A DNA stretch of 64,000 nucleotides from Bacteroidota bacterium (GCA_022708105.1 JAKIZI010000003.1:14544-78543), one strand, 5' to 3'; shown: positions 24,691 through 35,435, numbered from the stretch's first letter. Numbers and translations: made by a program. Notes: generated by a model not told the origin, from the letters alone.

Positions 24691-27600
24691 TTATTGTACC
24701 ACAATCTTTTGAACTAGTTTGCCTTTGCAGGTACTCATTTCCATTAAGTAAATTCCTGTTTCAAGTTGTCCTGCATTAATTTCCATGCTTTGAATCCCCC
24801 CGTTTAAGTAACAAGGTTGCCGATAAACCATTCTCCCGGTAATGTCGGAAATAAGAATAAGTCCCTCTTCTGCTTCAGAAGTTTCAATATTGAGGATAAA
24901 TTTTCCATTATTAGGATTCGGATAGATATATCCGCTATAAGTTACGCCCGATTGATAACAGGGGATGTTTACGCTGTTCCAGAGGGCAATATTATCAATA
25001 TATACATTGTCCAATATGAAATTCTGGAAATAATAGGTCATATTTGCAGCCAGGCATTTAGATTGGAAGGTAAGCATAAACACATCTCCTGTGTAAGGAG
25101 TAAGATCTATCACCTTTTGTTGAAATGGATCAGTTGATGCAAGATTCGGAATAAAAGTTTCACTGATGGGCTCATTATCAACTAATAATCTCAACATGCT
25201 TGAATAGCTCAAATCATAAGAATCCGGTATTGACCCTCCAAGCAACATAGCATAGGTGTCTTTTCCTGAAGTTTGTTTTAAATTAAATGCCAATGCCAAC
25301 TCCTGATAATCCGTTGCATCAATACAAAAATGAGCTTCACTGTCCATCTCTTTGTTATATTCCCAAATGTCATCATCTGAAGGAAATTCTAAACTATTCA
25401 TATATCCCATAGGATCTCCTTTGGCTGTCATTTTGAGTACTCTTCTGTCGGAATAGTCGGGTAGAGTATAGGCATAAGCATTGGAGTATTTATTGGTATC
25501 AACATAAAAATAATCCTGATCTCCCGTTTGATCAAAAGTGACGGATGAGATTTGATTAAGGAATTTTGGTTTATAGACCTCCTTGGTGACGTTATTATTG
25601 GCAGTATTCAAATCATTGCTGTTTTCGGTGAATACACGAAGTGTATTTTGAGCTGCTAAGGTAAAATTTCCCCCTTGTGTGAATGTATATTCAAGCGTAT
25701 CTGACGATGTCATGGCTTCGGTGAGCTCAATAACTTCGGTGATTTTATTGGCTCCGTTGATGGTAAAAGAAATTACTACCGTATCACCAGGTTCCGTCTG
25801 GTCACAAACATTGAAAATGATATTTGCAATTACAGGAGTTTGTTCATCCAAATGGCAGGAAGAAGTTGGAGCAATAATTTCAGATACCCCGAAATCACTG
25901 TTCTGATATACGCGGTTGGTAAAACGATAATTGGTATATGTTGAGGTATACACATCACTATTTAATCCCAAAGAAAGATCAAGTCGGTACTCTCCGGGAA
26001 CAGAAAAATCATAACCGCTGGGCAATGTTACTGTAAATGGTCCGGGAGCAACATCCTGGTTTAATACGAGCGTATCAAAAATGTCTAATGATTGATTTAC
26101 CTGAACTTTAAAAAAGAGTTTTGTGCCGACACGAAGCGTGTCATTGCAACTATTATAAAGCAGATCAAGGGTAATCGATTCCTCATTTTGCAGGGCGCAA
26201 TCAGTTACCGGTGTTACAACGGAAGTGATGTGAATGACAGAGTCGCTGAAAGGATAGCCGAGTCCGACCGCGGCCCATGCTTGTGCCACAGCATATTGTT
26301 CCATAGAGCATGTGCCGAACAGGTCTTCTGCCACTTCCAAAGAATATAAACAGGCTTCTTGATAATCGGAATAAGGTGTTAAATATTCGGTTAAAAGGCT
26401 GTACGCAATTAATTCGCTTTTTTCAGGAGTGATTCCGGTTACTTCGTATGAAGTTCCCATATCATTAACTCCACTTCCGCCAACGGTCAGCAAGTAAAAC
26501 CAATAATTGCCGACACCGCTGTTGGTATGAACTCCGCCGTAATCTTCTGTGCCGGAGACCCAATAGTTTCCAAGGTATGTATCCGGATTTTCAAATCGAT
26601 TGGGATCAGACAAATCGCGGAAAGGACTATTCAATTCTTCTCCGATAGTCCATTGCAGTTGTCCGGTAGCGTAGCGATGAACCATCACTCCAAAAATATC
26701 GCTGAATGATTCATTGAGCGCTCCGGGCTCATCTTGGTACACCAAATTGGCAGAGTATTCCGTAACGCCATGCGTGATTTCATGTCCACAAACTGATATG
26801 AAAGTAAAGGGGTAATTATTTACTCCGTCTCCATAAAACATCGCAGTTCCGTTCCAAAATGCATTTTGCATATTCTGTCCCGTATGTACGTAACTTAAAA
26901 GCTGAGTCCCTTGATTGTTATAACTATTCCGACCATGAGTGTAATAATAGTAATCATAAGTTATTTCTGCTCCGTAATGGGCAGAATTGGCGATTACATC
27001 ACTGTCAAAATAAGCATCGGCTTCATATAAATCAATGGCATTTTCAAGCGGAACATAAATCAAATCTCCTTCATTGTTCATTGATTTGGTAAGGATTCCG
27101 TCTCCGGCTCCGCGGGAGTTGCTGCGAAACATATAAAGATTACTTGCCAATGAGTCAACTGTGATGGTTTGTTCTCCGTTATATCGGGTAACTGCTTGAA
27201 CTTCGATGTTGGCTGAAGCCTTTTTTGTGAAATGATGCACAATTTCTCCATTATTGGCATCTACATAATAAATTTCGGTACAAATTTCAGGTGCAATGAC
27301 AGATAAAGTGATTTTATAGACCAAACGATAGTTTTTGGCCATAAAAGAATGTTCTTTGTCATAAATTTCTAAAGTGGGAGTAGGGTAGTAGGTGGCCGTT
27401 GTGTCTTTGCGAATGATTTTGAGGTCGGCTTCCATAGATGGAGACTGCCAAGCATAACGATCTGCTTTGGAGTTGTTTAATGCAATAATAATTACTTCTT
27501 CTTTTGTAAGATTTGGAGTTACATTAAGCGATAATCCCGATACAATAGCTCCGGTTACCCGATACACTTTTGCATTTTTTTCATGTAAAATAAGTTGAGC

Positions 27601-27894
27601 TCCGTCAACGGGAATTTGGTCAAAATACTGTTGTAAACGATGATGCGCTTTTCCGTTTCGAGTTGGTGAAACATATATTTCTCTCATCTCATCATAATTC
27701 CCCAATCCAAAATAGAGTTGATATTTTTCAAAAAAATGAGCTGCCGGAATTTGATAATCCGTTTTGATATTAATAATAGCACCTTCTCCTTTCAGAACTG
27801 CAATTTTTTGCAAAGTTTCGGGATAATGATGAGACTGTCCGTAGATGATATTTCCTAAAAGGATAATCACCCATAGTAGAATAATTTTTTTCAT
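24691..27894 (-). CDS. M4 (thermolysin-like) zinc metalloprotease with large C-terminal extension and T9SS sorting domain
   Basis: 1067 aa with a signal peptide. Active-site VCGHEITHGVTEY and GALNESFSDIFG motifs. The last ~80 aa (YIYPNPNNGKFIL...GIYLMEM...KIVVQ) resemble a T9SS CTD. Confidence 0.85.
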   Translation of the reverse strand: MKKIILLWVIILLGNIIYGQSHHYPETLQKIAVLKGEGAIINIKTDYQIPAAHFFEKYQLYFGLGNYDEMREIYVSPTRNGKAHHRLQQYFDQIPVDGAQLILHEKNAKVYRVTGAIVSGLSLNVTPNLTKEEVIIIALNNSKADRYAWQSPSMEADLKIIRKDTTATYYPTPTLEIYDKEHSFMAKNYRLVYKITLSVIAPEICTEIYYVDANNGEIVHHFTKKASANIEVQAVTRYNGEQTITVDSLASNLYMFRSNSRGAGDGILTKSMNNEGDLIYVPLENAIDLYEADAYFDSDVIANSAHYGAEITYDYYYYTHGRNSYNNQGTQLLSYVHTGQNMQNAFWNGTAMFYGDGVNNYPFTFISVCGHEITHGVTEYSANLVYQDEPGALNESFSDIFGVMVHRYATGQLQWTIGEELNSPFRDLSDPNRFENPDTYLGNYWVSGTEDYGGVHTNSGVGNYWFYLLTVGGSGVNDMGTSYEVTGITPEKSELIAYSLLTEYLTPYSDYQEACLYSLEVAEDLFGTCSMEQYAVAQAWAAVGLGYPFSDSVIHITSVVTPVTDCALQNEESITLDLLYNSCNDTLRVGTKLFFKVQVNQSLDIFDTLVLNQDVAPGPFTVTLPSGYDFSVPGEYRLDLSLGLNSDVYTSTYTNYRFTNRVYQNSDFGVSEIIAPTSSCHLDEQTPVIANIIFNVCDQTEPGDTVVISFTINGANKITEVIELTEAMTSSDTLEYTFTQGGNFTLAAQNTLRVFTENSNDLNTANNNVTKEVYKPKFLNQISSVTFDQTGDQDYFYVDTNKYSNAYAYTLPDYSDRRVLKMTAKGDPMGYMNSLEFPSDDDIWEYNKEMDSEAHFCIDATDYQELALAFNLKQTSGKDTYAMLLGGSIPDSYDLSYSSMLRLLVDNEPISETFIPNLASTDPFQQKVIDLTPYTGDVFMLTFQSKCLAANMTYYFQNFILDNVYIDNIALWNSVNIPCYQSGVTYSGYIYPNPNNGKFILNIETSEAEEGLILISDITGRMVYRQPCYLNGGIQSMEINAGQLETGIYLMEMSTCKGKLVQKIVVQ

Positions 27895-27978
27895 TTTTTA
27901 AATTTTAAGTTGCAAAGATAATTAATATAATATGTTAAGTGTAAAATCTTAAAAAAAATATTTATTAAAAAATATTGG

Positions 27979-28396
27979 TGTCCGGTAAAAAATAATTGTC
28001 CCCAAAAATAATGTACGACCTCGCGGAAGGCTTGCGACCAAAAGTTCCTAAAAGAATTATCGAAATTTTCTTTTTTCTCTTTCGTACTTTTGTCTTGATA
28101 CAAAAGGACCAAAAAATCAAGGTAAAAAGAATGCCGCCCGCTCTGCCAAGCAGCTTAGCGGTTCTAACAAAACAAGGAAACGACAAGCGGTTTTGCAAGA
28201 ACCGCTAAGCTGTTTGTCATTCACAGCACCGCCGCCTCTGCTTTTTGCCGGGCCGACGCGCGTGCTTCGTGGCAAATTATATTGTGACCACCAGAGCTAA
28301 CTCTTTTTGATTAGGGGGCTTGCTTTTTGAAAAACAAAATCGTGCACTTGATTATCAAGTACTTTTGTTTGATTTTTCTCTGTTTTTTACCGGACA
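27979..28396. repeat. 418-bp MITE-like non-coding element bounded by perfect 14-bp terminal inverted repeats
   Basis: TGTCCGGTAAAAAA at 27979-27992 and its exact reverse complement at 28383-28396. GC-rich core with a perfect 15-bp stem (28151-28165 and 28198-28212). Only short junk ORFs inside. Confidence 0.6.
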
Positions 28397-28521
28397 ACAA
28401 TAAATTTGATAATATTATTTTTTTGGCGTGCCGGTTTCCCCGTGTTTATCTCCTTGATTGTATATTATATATGAATTATGAATAATTGTTTTATTTTTTA
28501 TTGAGAGTAAAAAAAAAGATG

Positions 28522-28529
28522 TATCTTTG
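28522..28529 (+). promoter_or_regulatory. -7 box TATCTTTG upstream of rpsU
   Basis: 48 nt upstream of ATG 28577. Confidence 0.5.
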
Positions 28530-28576
28530 CACCCTGTAATTTAAAATATTAATTTAACAAAGAAAGAGGTATTTTT

Positions 28577-28771
28577 ATGATCGTTGTTCCCGTTAAAGAA
28601 GGCGAAACCGTAGATCGGGCCCTTAAAAAATTAAAAAGAAAATTTGAAAAAACCGGTGTTGTAAAAGAGTTGAGAAATCGTCAGAAATTTACAAAACCAA
28701 GTATTATCAAAAGGGAGCAAAAATTAAAAGCGATTTATATTCAGCAGTTATTAAACAAACAAGAAGAATAA
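28577..28771 (+). CDS. rpsU: 30S ribosomal protein S21
   Basis: 64 aa. MIVVPVKEGETVDRALKKLKRKFEKTGVVKELRNRQKFTKPS is a typical S21 sequence. Confidence 0.9.
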   Translation: MIVVPVKEGETVDRALKKLKRKFEKTGVVKELRNRQKFTKPSIIKREQKLKAIYIQQLLNKQEE

Positions 28772-28793
28772 TAGCCCGAAAATAAATTTGCAG

Positions 28794-28829
28794 AAAAAAA
28801 GTTATCCAAATACGGATAACTTTTTTTTT
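28794..28829 (+). terminator. rho-independent terminator after rpsU
   Basis: Stem gttatcc/ggataac (28801-28807 and 28814-28820), flanked by an A-run and a 9-T run. Confidence 0.7.
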
Positions 28830-28845
28830 ATTATCTAAATTTTAC

Positions 28846-28853
28846 TATATTTG
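28846..28853 (+). promoter_or_regulatory. -7 box TATATTTG
   Basis: 21 nt upstream of ATG 28874. Confidence 0.45.
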
Positions 28854-28873
28854 CTTGTTGATTAAGTTGAAGT

Positions 28874-29815
28874 ATGGATGTAATCACGAAATTTCTCAAT
28901 TATTTAGAATTCGAAAAGCGTGTTTCCCCACACACGATAACTTCTTATGGCAATGATTTAAAGCAGTTTTTTACTTATTATATTTTTATTCTTTTTCCGG
29001 AAATTGCTGAAAATCCCGATCCCGAAATTATTGGAGAAAAATTGAAAAATATTGATATTTCTTCCATAGAAGCACCATTAATTCGTATATGGATGGTAGA
29101 TTTATTAGAAAATAATATTGATGAAAGGAGCGTAAATCGTAAAATTAGTGCCCTGAAATCCTTTTATAATTATCATCTCAAAATAGGAACAGTAGAGAAA
29201 AATCCTATGCTGCAAATTCGATGTTTAAAAGTGCAAAAACGTCTTCCCGTTTATATAGAAGAAGAAGAAGTATCCTTTCTTTTTTCCCGGGATTTATTTC
29301 CTGATAGTTTTGAAGGAATCAGAGACAGAACCATTTTGGAACTCTTTTATGCGACCGGAATGCGTCTTTCTGAATTAATCAATCTCAAACATTCGGATAT
29401 TGATTTGTATGAAAGTACGGTTAAAGTCTTAGGAAAACGAGATAAAGAGCGAATCATTCCCTTTGGAAAAACGATGAAAGAACTTTTAGTTTTTTATATT
29501 GCCCAAAAAGAAGATTTTTTTGACGGATTAAACCAAAAGGATTATTTATTTGTTACAAATATATCCAATAAAATGTACCCTAAAGCCGTTTATAGGATAG
29601 TAAACAAATATCTTGACATGGTTACGAATTTGAGTAAGAAGAGTCCGCACATTATTCGCCACACCTTTGCAACGCACATGTTGAACAGAGGCGCAGATAT
29701 CAATGCCATTAAAGAACTTTTAGGTCATTCAAGTTTGGCTGCGACCCAAGTATATACCCATAACTCTATTGAAAAATTAAAATCAATCTATAAACAAGCC
29801 CATCCGCGGGCATAA
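28874..29815 (+). CDS. tyrosine recombinase, XerC/XerD family (housekeeping context)
   Basis: 313 aa. N-terminal SAM-like core-binding domain. Catalytic-domain motifs ATGMRLSEL, HIIRHTFATH and LLGHSSLAATQVYTH. Sits in the conserved rpsU-xer-hpf arrangement. Confidence 0.8.
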   Translation: MDVITKFLNYLEFEKRVSPHTITSYGNDLKQFFTYYIFILFPEIAENPDPEIIGEKLKNIDISSIEAPLIRIWMVDLLENNIDERSVNRKISALKSFYNYHLKIGTVEKNPMLQIRCLKVQKRLPVYIEEEEVSFLFSRDLFPDSFEGIRDRTILELFYATGMRLSELINLKHSDIDLYESTVKVLGKRDKERIIPFGKTMKELLVFYIAQKEDFFDGLNQKDYLFVTNISNKMYPKAVYRIVNKYLDMVTNLSKKSPHIIRHTFATHMLNRGADINAIKELLGHSSLAATQVYTHNSIEKLKSIYKQAHPRA

Positions 29816-29830
29816 AAAAAGGAGGTTTTT

Positions 29831-30130
29831 ATGAATGTAAACATTTCGTCCGTACACTTTAAATCAGATCAAAAATTGGAGAATTTTATTACCGAGAAAG
29901 TAGAAAAATTGTTTAAACTTTATGATGGAATTATCGGTGCTGATGTAACTTTAAAACTCGAAAATACGGAAAAACCCGAAAATAAAATTGTTGAAATCCG
30001 TTTGAAAATCAGAGGATATGACGCAATTTCGGGAAAAACGGCCAAAACCTTTGAAGAAGCTGCAGACAATGCAGTAGATGCCCTTAAACGGCAATTAAAA
30101 AAAATTAAAGATAAAGAACGGGGAAATTAA
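29831..30130 (+). CDS. hpf: ribosome hibernation/translation inhibition factor (HPF/RaiA, short form)
   Basis: 99 aa. MNVNISSVHFKSDQKLENFITEKVEKL is the typical sigma-54-modulation/S30EA family N-terminus. Confidence 0.8.
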   Translation: MNVNISSVHFKSDQKLENFITEKVEKLFKLYDGIIGADVTLKLENTEKPENKIVEIRLKIRGYDAISGKTAKTFEEAADNAVDALKRQLKKIKDKERGN

Positions 30131-30143
30131 TTGAAGCTATTGA

Positions 30144-30758
30144 ATGCCAAAAATTATTAAAACCCATGTTGACTCTTTCGCCTCTCTATGTGTGTGGCAC
30201 ATTACAGAGACGGAAGAGTCTCTTTTTAAAGAACTTCCTCTCTCTGCAACGGAAGAAACAGAAATTCGCTCCATGAAACTTCTTAAACGAAGATTGGAGA
30301 AATTGGGTTGTCGATGCGCCTTGTCTCAACTATTGAACTCCTACGAGGAAGTCGTCTATTCTCCCAATGGATCCCCGAAAATTTCAACTCATAACCTTTC
30401 ATTTGCTCATACAGCTTCGTATGCCGCTGCCGCTATCTCTGAAAACTATAAAATTGGAGTGGATATCGAAAAAATTACGCCTAAAATTAAAACTCTGTAT
30501 CATAAGTTTTTAAATTCTTTTGAAATCAATCACTTTGATGTATGTGATGAGGAGCAAGTACATATTCTTTGGGGGGCTAAAGAAGCGGCCTATAAGTTGT
30601 ATGAAGTTAAAAATTTGGATTTTGCCCAACAAATTAATATTCACGAACTTTCTGAGGGAAAAGGAAAAGGAGTAATTAAAACGGAGACGGAAGAACTCTC
30701 TTTTCAGTTTTTTTATCAAACAGTTAAAGATATGATGCTTGTTCTTGCAATCGGATAA
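30144..30758 (+). CDS. 4'-phosphopantetheinyl transferase (Sfp-type)
   Basis: 204 aa. Motifs GVDIEKI and WGAKEAAYK. Confidence 0.7.
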   Translation: MPKIIKTHVDSFASLCVWHITETEESLFKELPLSATEETEIRSMKLLKRRLEKLGCRCALSQLLNSYEEVVYSPNGSPKISTHNLSFAHTASYAAAAISENYKIGVDIEKITPKIKTLYHKFLNSFEINHFDVCDEEQVHILWGAKEAAYKLYEVKNLDFAQQINIHELSEGKGKGVIKTETEELSFQFFYQTVKDMMLVLAIG

Positions 30759-30805
30759 AGTCCTGTATTGTTCTCTTCTCCCTTTTTTTGATTTACTTTT
30801 TTATG

Positions 30806-30813
30806 TATTTTTG
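30806..30813 (+). promoter_or_regulatory. -7 box TATTTTTG
   Basis: 45 nt upstream of ATG 30858. Confidence 0.45.
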
Positions 30814-30857
30814 TATTCTTTAAATCCCTCTTTAAATTTATCTTTAATTCAAAAATT

Positions 30858-31193
30858 ATGGACTCGACACGACAACAAAAAATAGCCAAATTAATTCAAA
30901 AAGAGTTGGCAGATATTTTTAGACAAGATGGATTGCCTGTTTACGGATGTATGATTACGGTTACCAAAGCAACGGTAACCAAAGATCTTTCCATTGCCAG
31001 AGCTTATTTAAGTATATTTAATTCCGATGATCATGATGCCGTCATGAAGGCCGTGCGAATCAATACGAAGGATATTCGTTTTCGCTTAGGACAGAAAGTA
31101 AAAAATCAACTACGAATCATCCCGCAATTGGAGTTTTTTGTTGATGATTCTCTTGATTATATTGAAAATATTGAAAAACTGTTGAAATCATAA
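30858..31193 (+). CDS. rbfA: ribosome-binding factor A
   Basis: 111 aa. RQQKIAKLIQKELADIF...ITVTKATVTKDLSIARAYLS is the typical RbfA pattern. Confidence 0.85.
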   Translation: MDSTRQQKIAKLIQKELADIFRQDGLPVYGCMITVTKATVTKDLSIARAYLSIFNSDDHDAVMKAVRINTKDIRFRLGQKVKNQLRIIPQLEFFVDDSLDYIENIEKLLKS

Positions 31194-31197
31194 TTAA

Positions 31198-32433
31198 TTG
31201 AAAAAGTTTCAATTTAAAACAGCAATTTTTATAGCATTGCGATATTTGTTTTCGAGGAAGAAACATAATATGGTAAATATTATTTCCATTATTTCTTCGG
31301 TGGGAATTATGGCCGGTACCACAGCATTAATTATTGTTCTGTCTGTTTTTAACGGTATGGAAAAGTTGATAACCGGCAGTGTGAATAGTTTCAATCCTGA
31401 TTTACAAATCTCATTGAAAGAGGGGAAATCATTCTCCATAGATTATGCTTTGGTAAAACAAGTTTCTGAACTTGAGGAGGTGGTTGCAGTTCATGAAGTG
31501 GTGTCTGATATGGTCCTTTTAAACTATGGAGACCGTCAATCTTTAGTACGTCTGAAAGGAGTGAGCGTTGATTATCCGGATGTGTTACAGTTAGATTCGT
31601 TATTGATAGATGGTAATTTTACGCTTCAAACCAATCAAATTGATTATGCAGTTTTGGGGGCTGGGGTAGCAGGCGTATTACAGGTAAACCTGAATAGTTC
31701 TCAAATGATGAAATGTTACTATCCTCGTAGAACCAAAAAACACTTAATAAATCCTACGGAAGCTTTTAATACTCGTTTTCTGGTCCCATCAGGAGTTTTC
31801 GCATCCTATTCTCATTATGATGAGGAATTTTTGTTCTGTTCTCTTGGATTTGCGAGAAGTCTGATGGAATATGAAGGTGAAGTTACCTCTCTTGAAGTTA
31901 AACTGGTTGACAAAGCAAATATACCACGAGTAAAAAATAAGATTGCACAATTTGCAGGTCCCCGTTTTCATGTAAAAGATCAGTATGAACAAGAAGAAAT
32001 TCTTTTTAAAACCATTAAAAATGAAAAATTGGTTGTCTTTTTAATCCTTTCATTCATCTTATTGATGGCGGCTTTTAATATAGTGGGCACTTTAGGAATG
32101 CTTATTATTGAAAAGAAAGAAGATGTTGAAGTATTGAAAATATTGGGAGCTTCCGATAAGTTTATTTACAGAATCTTCGTAATGGAAGGAATGTTTGTCT
32201 CTTTTGTGGGTGGAGTCTTAGGAATGCTCCTTGGATTTATCGTTTGTTTCATTCAACAAACGTTTCATCTTATTAAAATCGGAGGGGGCACAGGAAACTA
32301 TATAATAAATTACTACCCTGTGCAAATGTCAGGCATAGACTTCCTGATTGTTTTGCTCACGGTAGTAATTATAAGCTATTTGGCTTCGCGATTACCTTCC
32401 GGTAAAGTTACCAGATTGATATCGGCAAAATAA
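31198..32433 (+). CDS. ABC transporter permease, FtsX/LolCE-like
   Basis: 411 aa. TM1, a large periplasmic domain, and a C-terminal 3-TM FtsX domain. The rbfA-adjacent position is conserved in Bacteroidota. Confidence 0.7.
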   Translation: MKKFQFKTAIFIALRYLFSRKKHNMVNIISIISSVGIMAGTTALIIVLSVFNGMEKLITGSVNSFNPDLQISLKEGKSFSIDYALVKQVSELEEVVAVHEVVSDMVLLNYGDRQSLVRLKGVSVDYPDVLQLDSLLIDGNFTLQTNQIDYAVLGAGVAGVLQVNLNSSQMMKCYYPRRTKKHLINPTEAFNTRFLVPSGVFASYSHYDEEFLFCSLGFARSLMEYEGEVTSLEVKLVDKANIPRVKNKIAQFAGPRFHVKDQYEQEEILFKTIKNEKLVVFLILSFILLMAAFNIVGTLGMLIIEKKEDVEVLKILGASDKFIYRIFVMEGMFVSFVGGVLGMLLGFIVCFIQQTFHLIKIGGGTGNYIINYYPVQMSGIDFLIVLLTVVIISYLASRLPSGKVTRLISAK

Positions 32434-32442
32434 TCTTAAAAA

Positions 32443-32757
32443 TCACACTTTAATTTCTACATCAACGCCACTCGGTAATTCGAGTTTCATTAATGCATCA
32501 ATCGTTTTAGAAGTGGTTCCGTAAATGTCCAATAATCTTTTGTAAGTAGAGAGTTCAAATTGCTCTCTGGATTTTTTATTTACAAAAGTGGAACGGTTAA
32601 CGGTAAAAATCTTTTTATGTGTAGGAAGTGGAATAGGTCCTACTAACATTACTTTATCATCCTTAACGGCATTCACGGTTTTTACGATTTTTTCCGCCGA
32701 TTTGTCAACCAAAGTATGGTCGAATGATTTTAATTTAATTCTGATTCTTTGACTCAC
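32443..32757 (-). CDS. rpsJ: 30S ribosomal protein S10
   Basis: 104 aa. [14 protein letters not shown]...IV and the C-terminal [15 protein letters not shown] are typical of S10. Confidence 0.9.
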   Translation of the reverse strand: MSQRIRIKLKSFDHTLVDKSAEKIVKTVNAVKDDKVMLVGPIPLPTHKKIFTVNRSTFVNKKSREQFELSTYKRLLDIYGTTSKTIDALMKLELPSGVDVEIKV

Positions 32758-32826
32758 GTTTTATTAATTTAGGGTTTTATTACTTTTTTTATTATGTATG
32801 TTTTTTTATTACAATTTTTTTAAAAA

Positions 32827-34920
32827 TCAAAGAGCATATCTTCCCACATTGAGAATATAAGTTTGAATATCGGATGGAACAGGAGCATAATTTAGAAATT
32901 CCATGCTATAGCTGGCTCTTCCGGATGAGATAGAGCGAAGTGTTGTGACATATCCGAACATTTCAGCAAGTGGTGCATGTGCTTTGATAATTTGAAAGCC
33001 AATTTTTGCATCAATCTCATCTAAAACGGCTCTACGTCTGTTCAAATCTGCTGTTACATTACCGATGTATTCATCAGGGGTATGTATTTCTAGTGACATA
33101 ATTGGTTCCAAAATAATAGAAGATATTTTTCTGCTTGCTTCTCGAAAACCAACTTTGGCACAAATTTCAAACGAAAGAGAATCGGAATCCACACTATGAG
33201 CATTTCCGTCCAAAAGCGTGATTTGAAGACCTTCAAGAGGAAATCCGAATTTTCCGTTAGACATAGCTGTTTTAAAACCTTTTTCAATGGCTGGAATATA
33301 TTCTTTAGGAATTGCTCCACCTTTCATTTGATTGGTAAATTTAAGTCCTTTTTCACCTTCGGCAGCAGGGGCAATCACAAATTCAATTTCTGCATAAGAA
33401 CCTCTTCCTCCGGTTTGACGTTTATAGGTCTCCTTATGAGTGAGCGTTTGTGTAATTGCTTCCTTATATGCTACTCTCGGTTTCCCGTGATTACATGACA
33501 CATTAAATTCTCTTCTTAGTCGGTCGAGTAAAATATCGAGGTGAAGTTCTCCCATGCCACTTATCAGCGTTTGTCCGGCCTCTTCATCTATTTTTACCGC
33601 AAATGTAGGATCCTCTTCTGCCAACTTATAGAGTGCAGCCATCAATTTATCTTCGTCGTCTTTAGTTTTTGGTTCAATGGCAATTTGAATTACAGGATCG
33701 GGAAACTCAATATTTTCCAAAAGGATTGGGTGTTTTTCTTCGGTAAGCGTATCTCCTGTGTGAATATCTTTCATTCCTACAAGGGCAGCAATATTCCCGG
33801 CTGAAATAGACTCCAATTGAGTTTGTTTATTAGAGTGCATTTGCAGTATTTTGGATACCCGTTCTCGTTTTCCTGTAGATACATTGTATACAATCTCTCC
33901 TGATTTCAGCGTGCCGGAATATACCTTTATAAAGGTAAGTCTTCCAACATACGAATCGGTAGCAATCTTGAATGCTAAAGCTGCAAAAGGTGCTTTCTCA
34001 TCCGGATATACAGGCTCTGCTTTTTCGGTTTTAGGATTTATTCCTTGAATAGCAGGGACATCCATTGGCGAGGGGAGATATTTGATAATGGCATCAATTA
34101 ATATTTGTACACCTTTATTTTTAAATGATGAACCACATAATATAGGTGTAATTGCTTGTGATAGTGTTGCTTTTCGTACTGCTGCAATCAATTCATCCGA
34201 AGTTATAGCTTCGGGAGTATCAAAATACTTTTCCATCAATAGATCATCAAACTCTGATAACTTCTCGAGAAGAATTTGACGATATTCATCAACTTCATCT
34301 TTCATAAAAGTCGGAATCGGAATTTCATGATAGGTAATTCCTTGATTTTCTTCATCCCATTCGTAAGCTTTTTCTTCTATCAAATCTACAATACCGCTGA
34401 ATGAATCTTCAGCACCGATAGGGAGTTGAAGAGCAAGAGGAGATGTTTTAAGTTTTCCTGCGATTTGTTTCACCACAGAAAAGAAATCTGCTCCCGTACG
34501 ATCCATTTTATTAACGTAACAAATTCGGGGCACATGATACTTATTAGCTTGTCTCCATACCGTCTCCGATTGTGGTTCTACGCCTCCTACTGCACAAAAC
34601 AAGGCGACTGCTCCATCCAATATTCTCAAAGAACGTTCAACTTCAACAGTAAAATCAACATGTCCCGGTGTATCGATAATGTTGATTTTGTATTCGTTAT
34701 TTCGGTATTTCCAATTGACTGTTGTTGCTGCGCTGGTAATGGTGATTCCTCTTTCTTGTTCTTGAATCATCCAGTCCATTGTGGCTGTACCTTCGTCAAC
34801 TTCTCCGATTTTGTAGTTTTTTCCGGTATAAAAAAGTATTCGTTCGGTGGTAGTTGTTTTTCCGGCATCAATGTGTGCCATAATCCCAATATTTCGGATT
34901 TTAAGTAACTCCTCAGACAT
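32827..34920 (-). CDS. fusA: elongation factor G
   Basis: 697 aa. G1 [10 protein letters not shown]3 [12 protein letters not shown]. Located in the str operon. Confidence 0.9.
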   Translation of the reverse strand: MSEELLKIRNIGIMAHIDAGKTTTTERILFYTGKNYKIGEVDEGTATMDWMIQEQERGITITSAATTVNWKYRNNEYKINIIDTPGHVDFTVEVERSLRILDGAVALFCAVGGVEPQSETVWRQANKYHVPRICYVNKMDRTGADFFSVVKQIAGKLKTSPLALQLPIGAEDSFSGIVDLIEEKAYEWDEENQGITYHEIPIPTFMKDEVDEYRQILLEKLSEFDDLLMEKYFDTPEAITSDELIAAVRKATLSQAITPILCGSSFKNKGVQILIDAIIKYLPSPMDVPAIQGINPKTEKAEPVYPDEKAPFAALAFKIATDSYVGRLTFIKVYSGTLKSGEIVYNVSTGKRERVSKILQMHSNKQTQLESISAGNIAALVGMKDIHTGDTLTEEKHPILLENIEFPDPVIQIAIEPKTKDDEDKLMAALYKLAEEDPTFAVKIDEEAGQTLISGMGELHLDILLDRLRREFNVSCNHGKPRVAYKEAITQTLTHKETYKRQTGGRGSYAEIEFVIAPAAEGEKGLKFTNQMKGGAIPKEYIPAIEKGFKTAMSNGKFGFPLEGLQITLLDGNAHSVDSDSLSFEICAKVGFREASRKISSIILEPIMSLEIHTPDEYIGNVTADLNRRRAVLDEIDAKIGFQIIKAHAPLAEMFGYVTTLRSISSGRASYSMEFLNYAPVPSDIQTYILNVGRYAL

Positions 34921-34967
34921 GAATACTCCTTTCTGCCATTCTCTTCAATTCTGCTTTTCTAGTATTG

Positions 34968-35435
34968 TTAAAATCTGAAGTGTGAGAACGCTTTATTAGC
35001 TTCAGCCATTCTGTGAGTATCTTCTTTACGTTTGAATGCTGCTCCTTCTTCTTTGAATGCAGCCATAATTTCAGCAGCCAATTTAGCAGCCATTGTCTTT
35101 TCGTGACGTTTTCTCGAAAAATTGATTAAGTTTTTCATCCCTACAGATTGTTTTCTTTCAGGACGTAATTCGGTCGGAATTTGGAAAGTAGCTCCTCCGA
35201 TACGGCGGCTTTTCACCTCCAATGCCGGAGTTACATTTGCCAATGCTTGTTTCCATATTTCAAGACCATTTTCTTTGGTCTTTTCTTCAATAATATCTAT
35301 CGCATCATAAAAAATCTTGAATGCAGTAGATTTTTTTCCTTCCAACATAATATTATTGACAAATTTTGTCACCATAATATCATTAAATTTTGGATCCGGA
35401 AGGATAATCCGTTTTTTTGGTTTTGATTTTCTCAT
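34968..35435 (-). CDS. rpsG: 30S ribosomal protein S7
   Basis: 155 aa. Typical S7 sequence ([21 protein letters not shown]). Confidence 0.9.
   Translation of the reverse strand: MRKSKPKKRIILPDPKFNDIMVTKFVNNIMLEGKKSTAFKIFYDAIDIIEEKTKENGLEIWKQALANVTPALEVKSRRIGGATFQIPTELRPERKQSVGMKNLINFSRKRHEKTMAAKLAAEIMAAFKEEGAAFKRKEDTHRMAEANKAFSHFRF

Noticed and set aside
27891-28208. Small ORFs (66-77 aa) inside the TIR-bounded element.
   Set aside because: They overlap on both strands, have no start context, and their sequence is better explained as a structured non-coding repeat.
28874-29815. Tyrosine recombinase as the integrase or cassette recombinase of the Rhs-tip island.
   Set aside because: It sits in the rpsU-xer-hpf arrangement, which I recall as conserved housekeeping synteny in Bacteroidota. 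It lies 4 kb from the island and is separated from it by the M4 protease gene. A role in trans cannot be excluded, but nothing in the sequence links it to the array.
32827-34920. EF-G deviates from the E. coli-type switch I sequence ([16 protein letters not shown] versus EVHDGAATMDWMEQEQ) and has an unusual C-terminal tail. Could it be a paralogue?
   Set aside because: It occupies the canonical str-operon slot and all G motifs are intact. Without lineage comparators the differences cannot be judged unusual.
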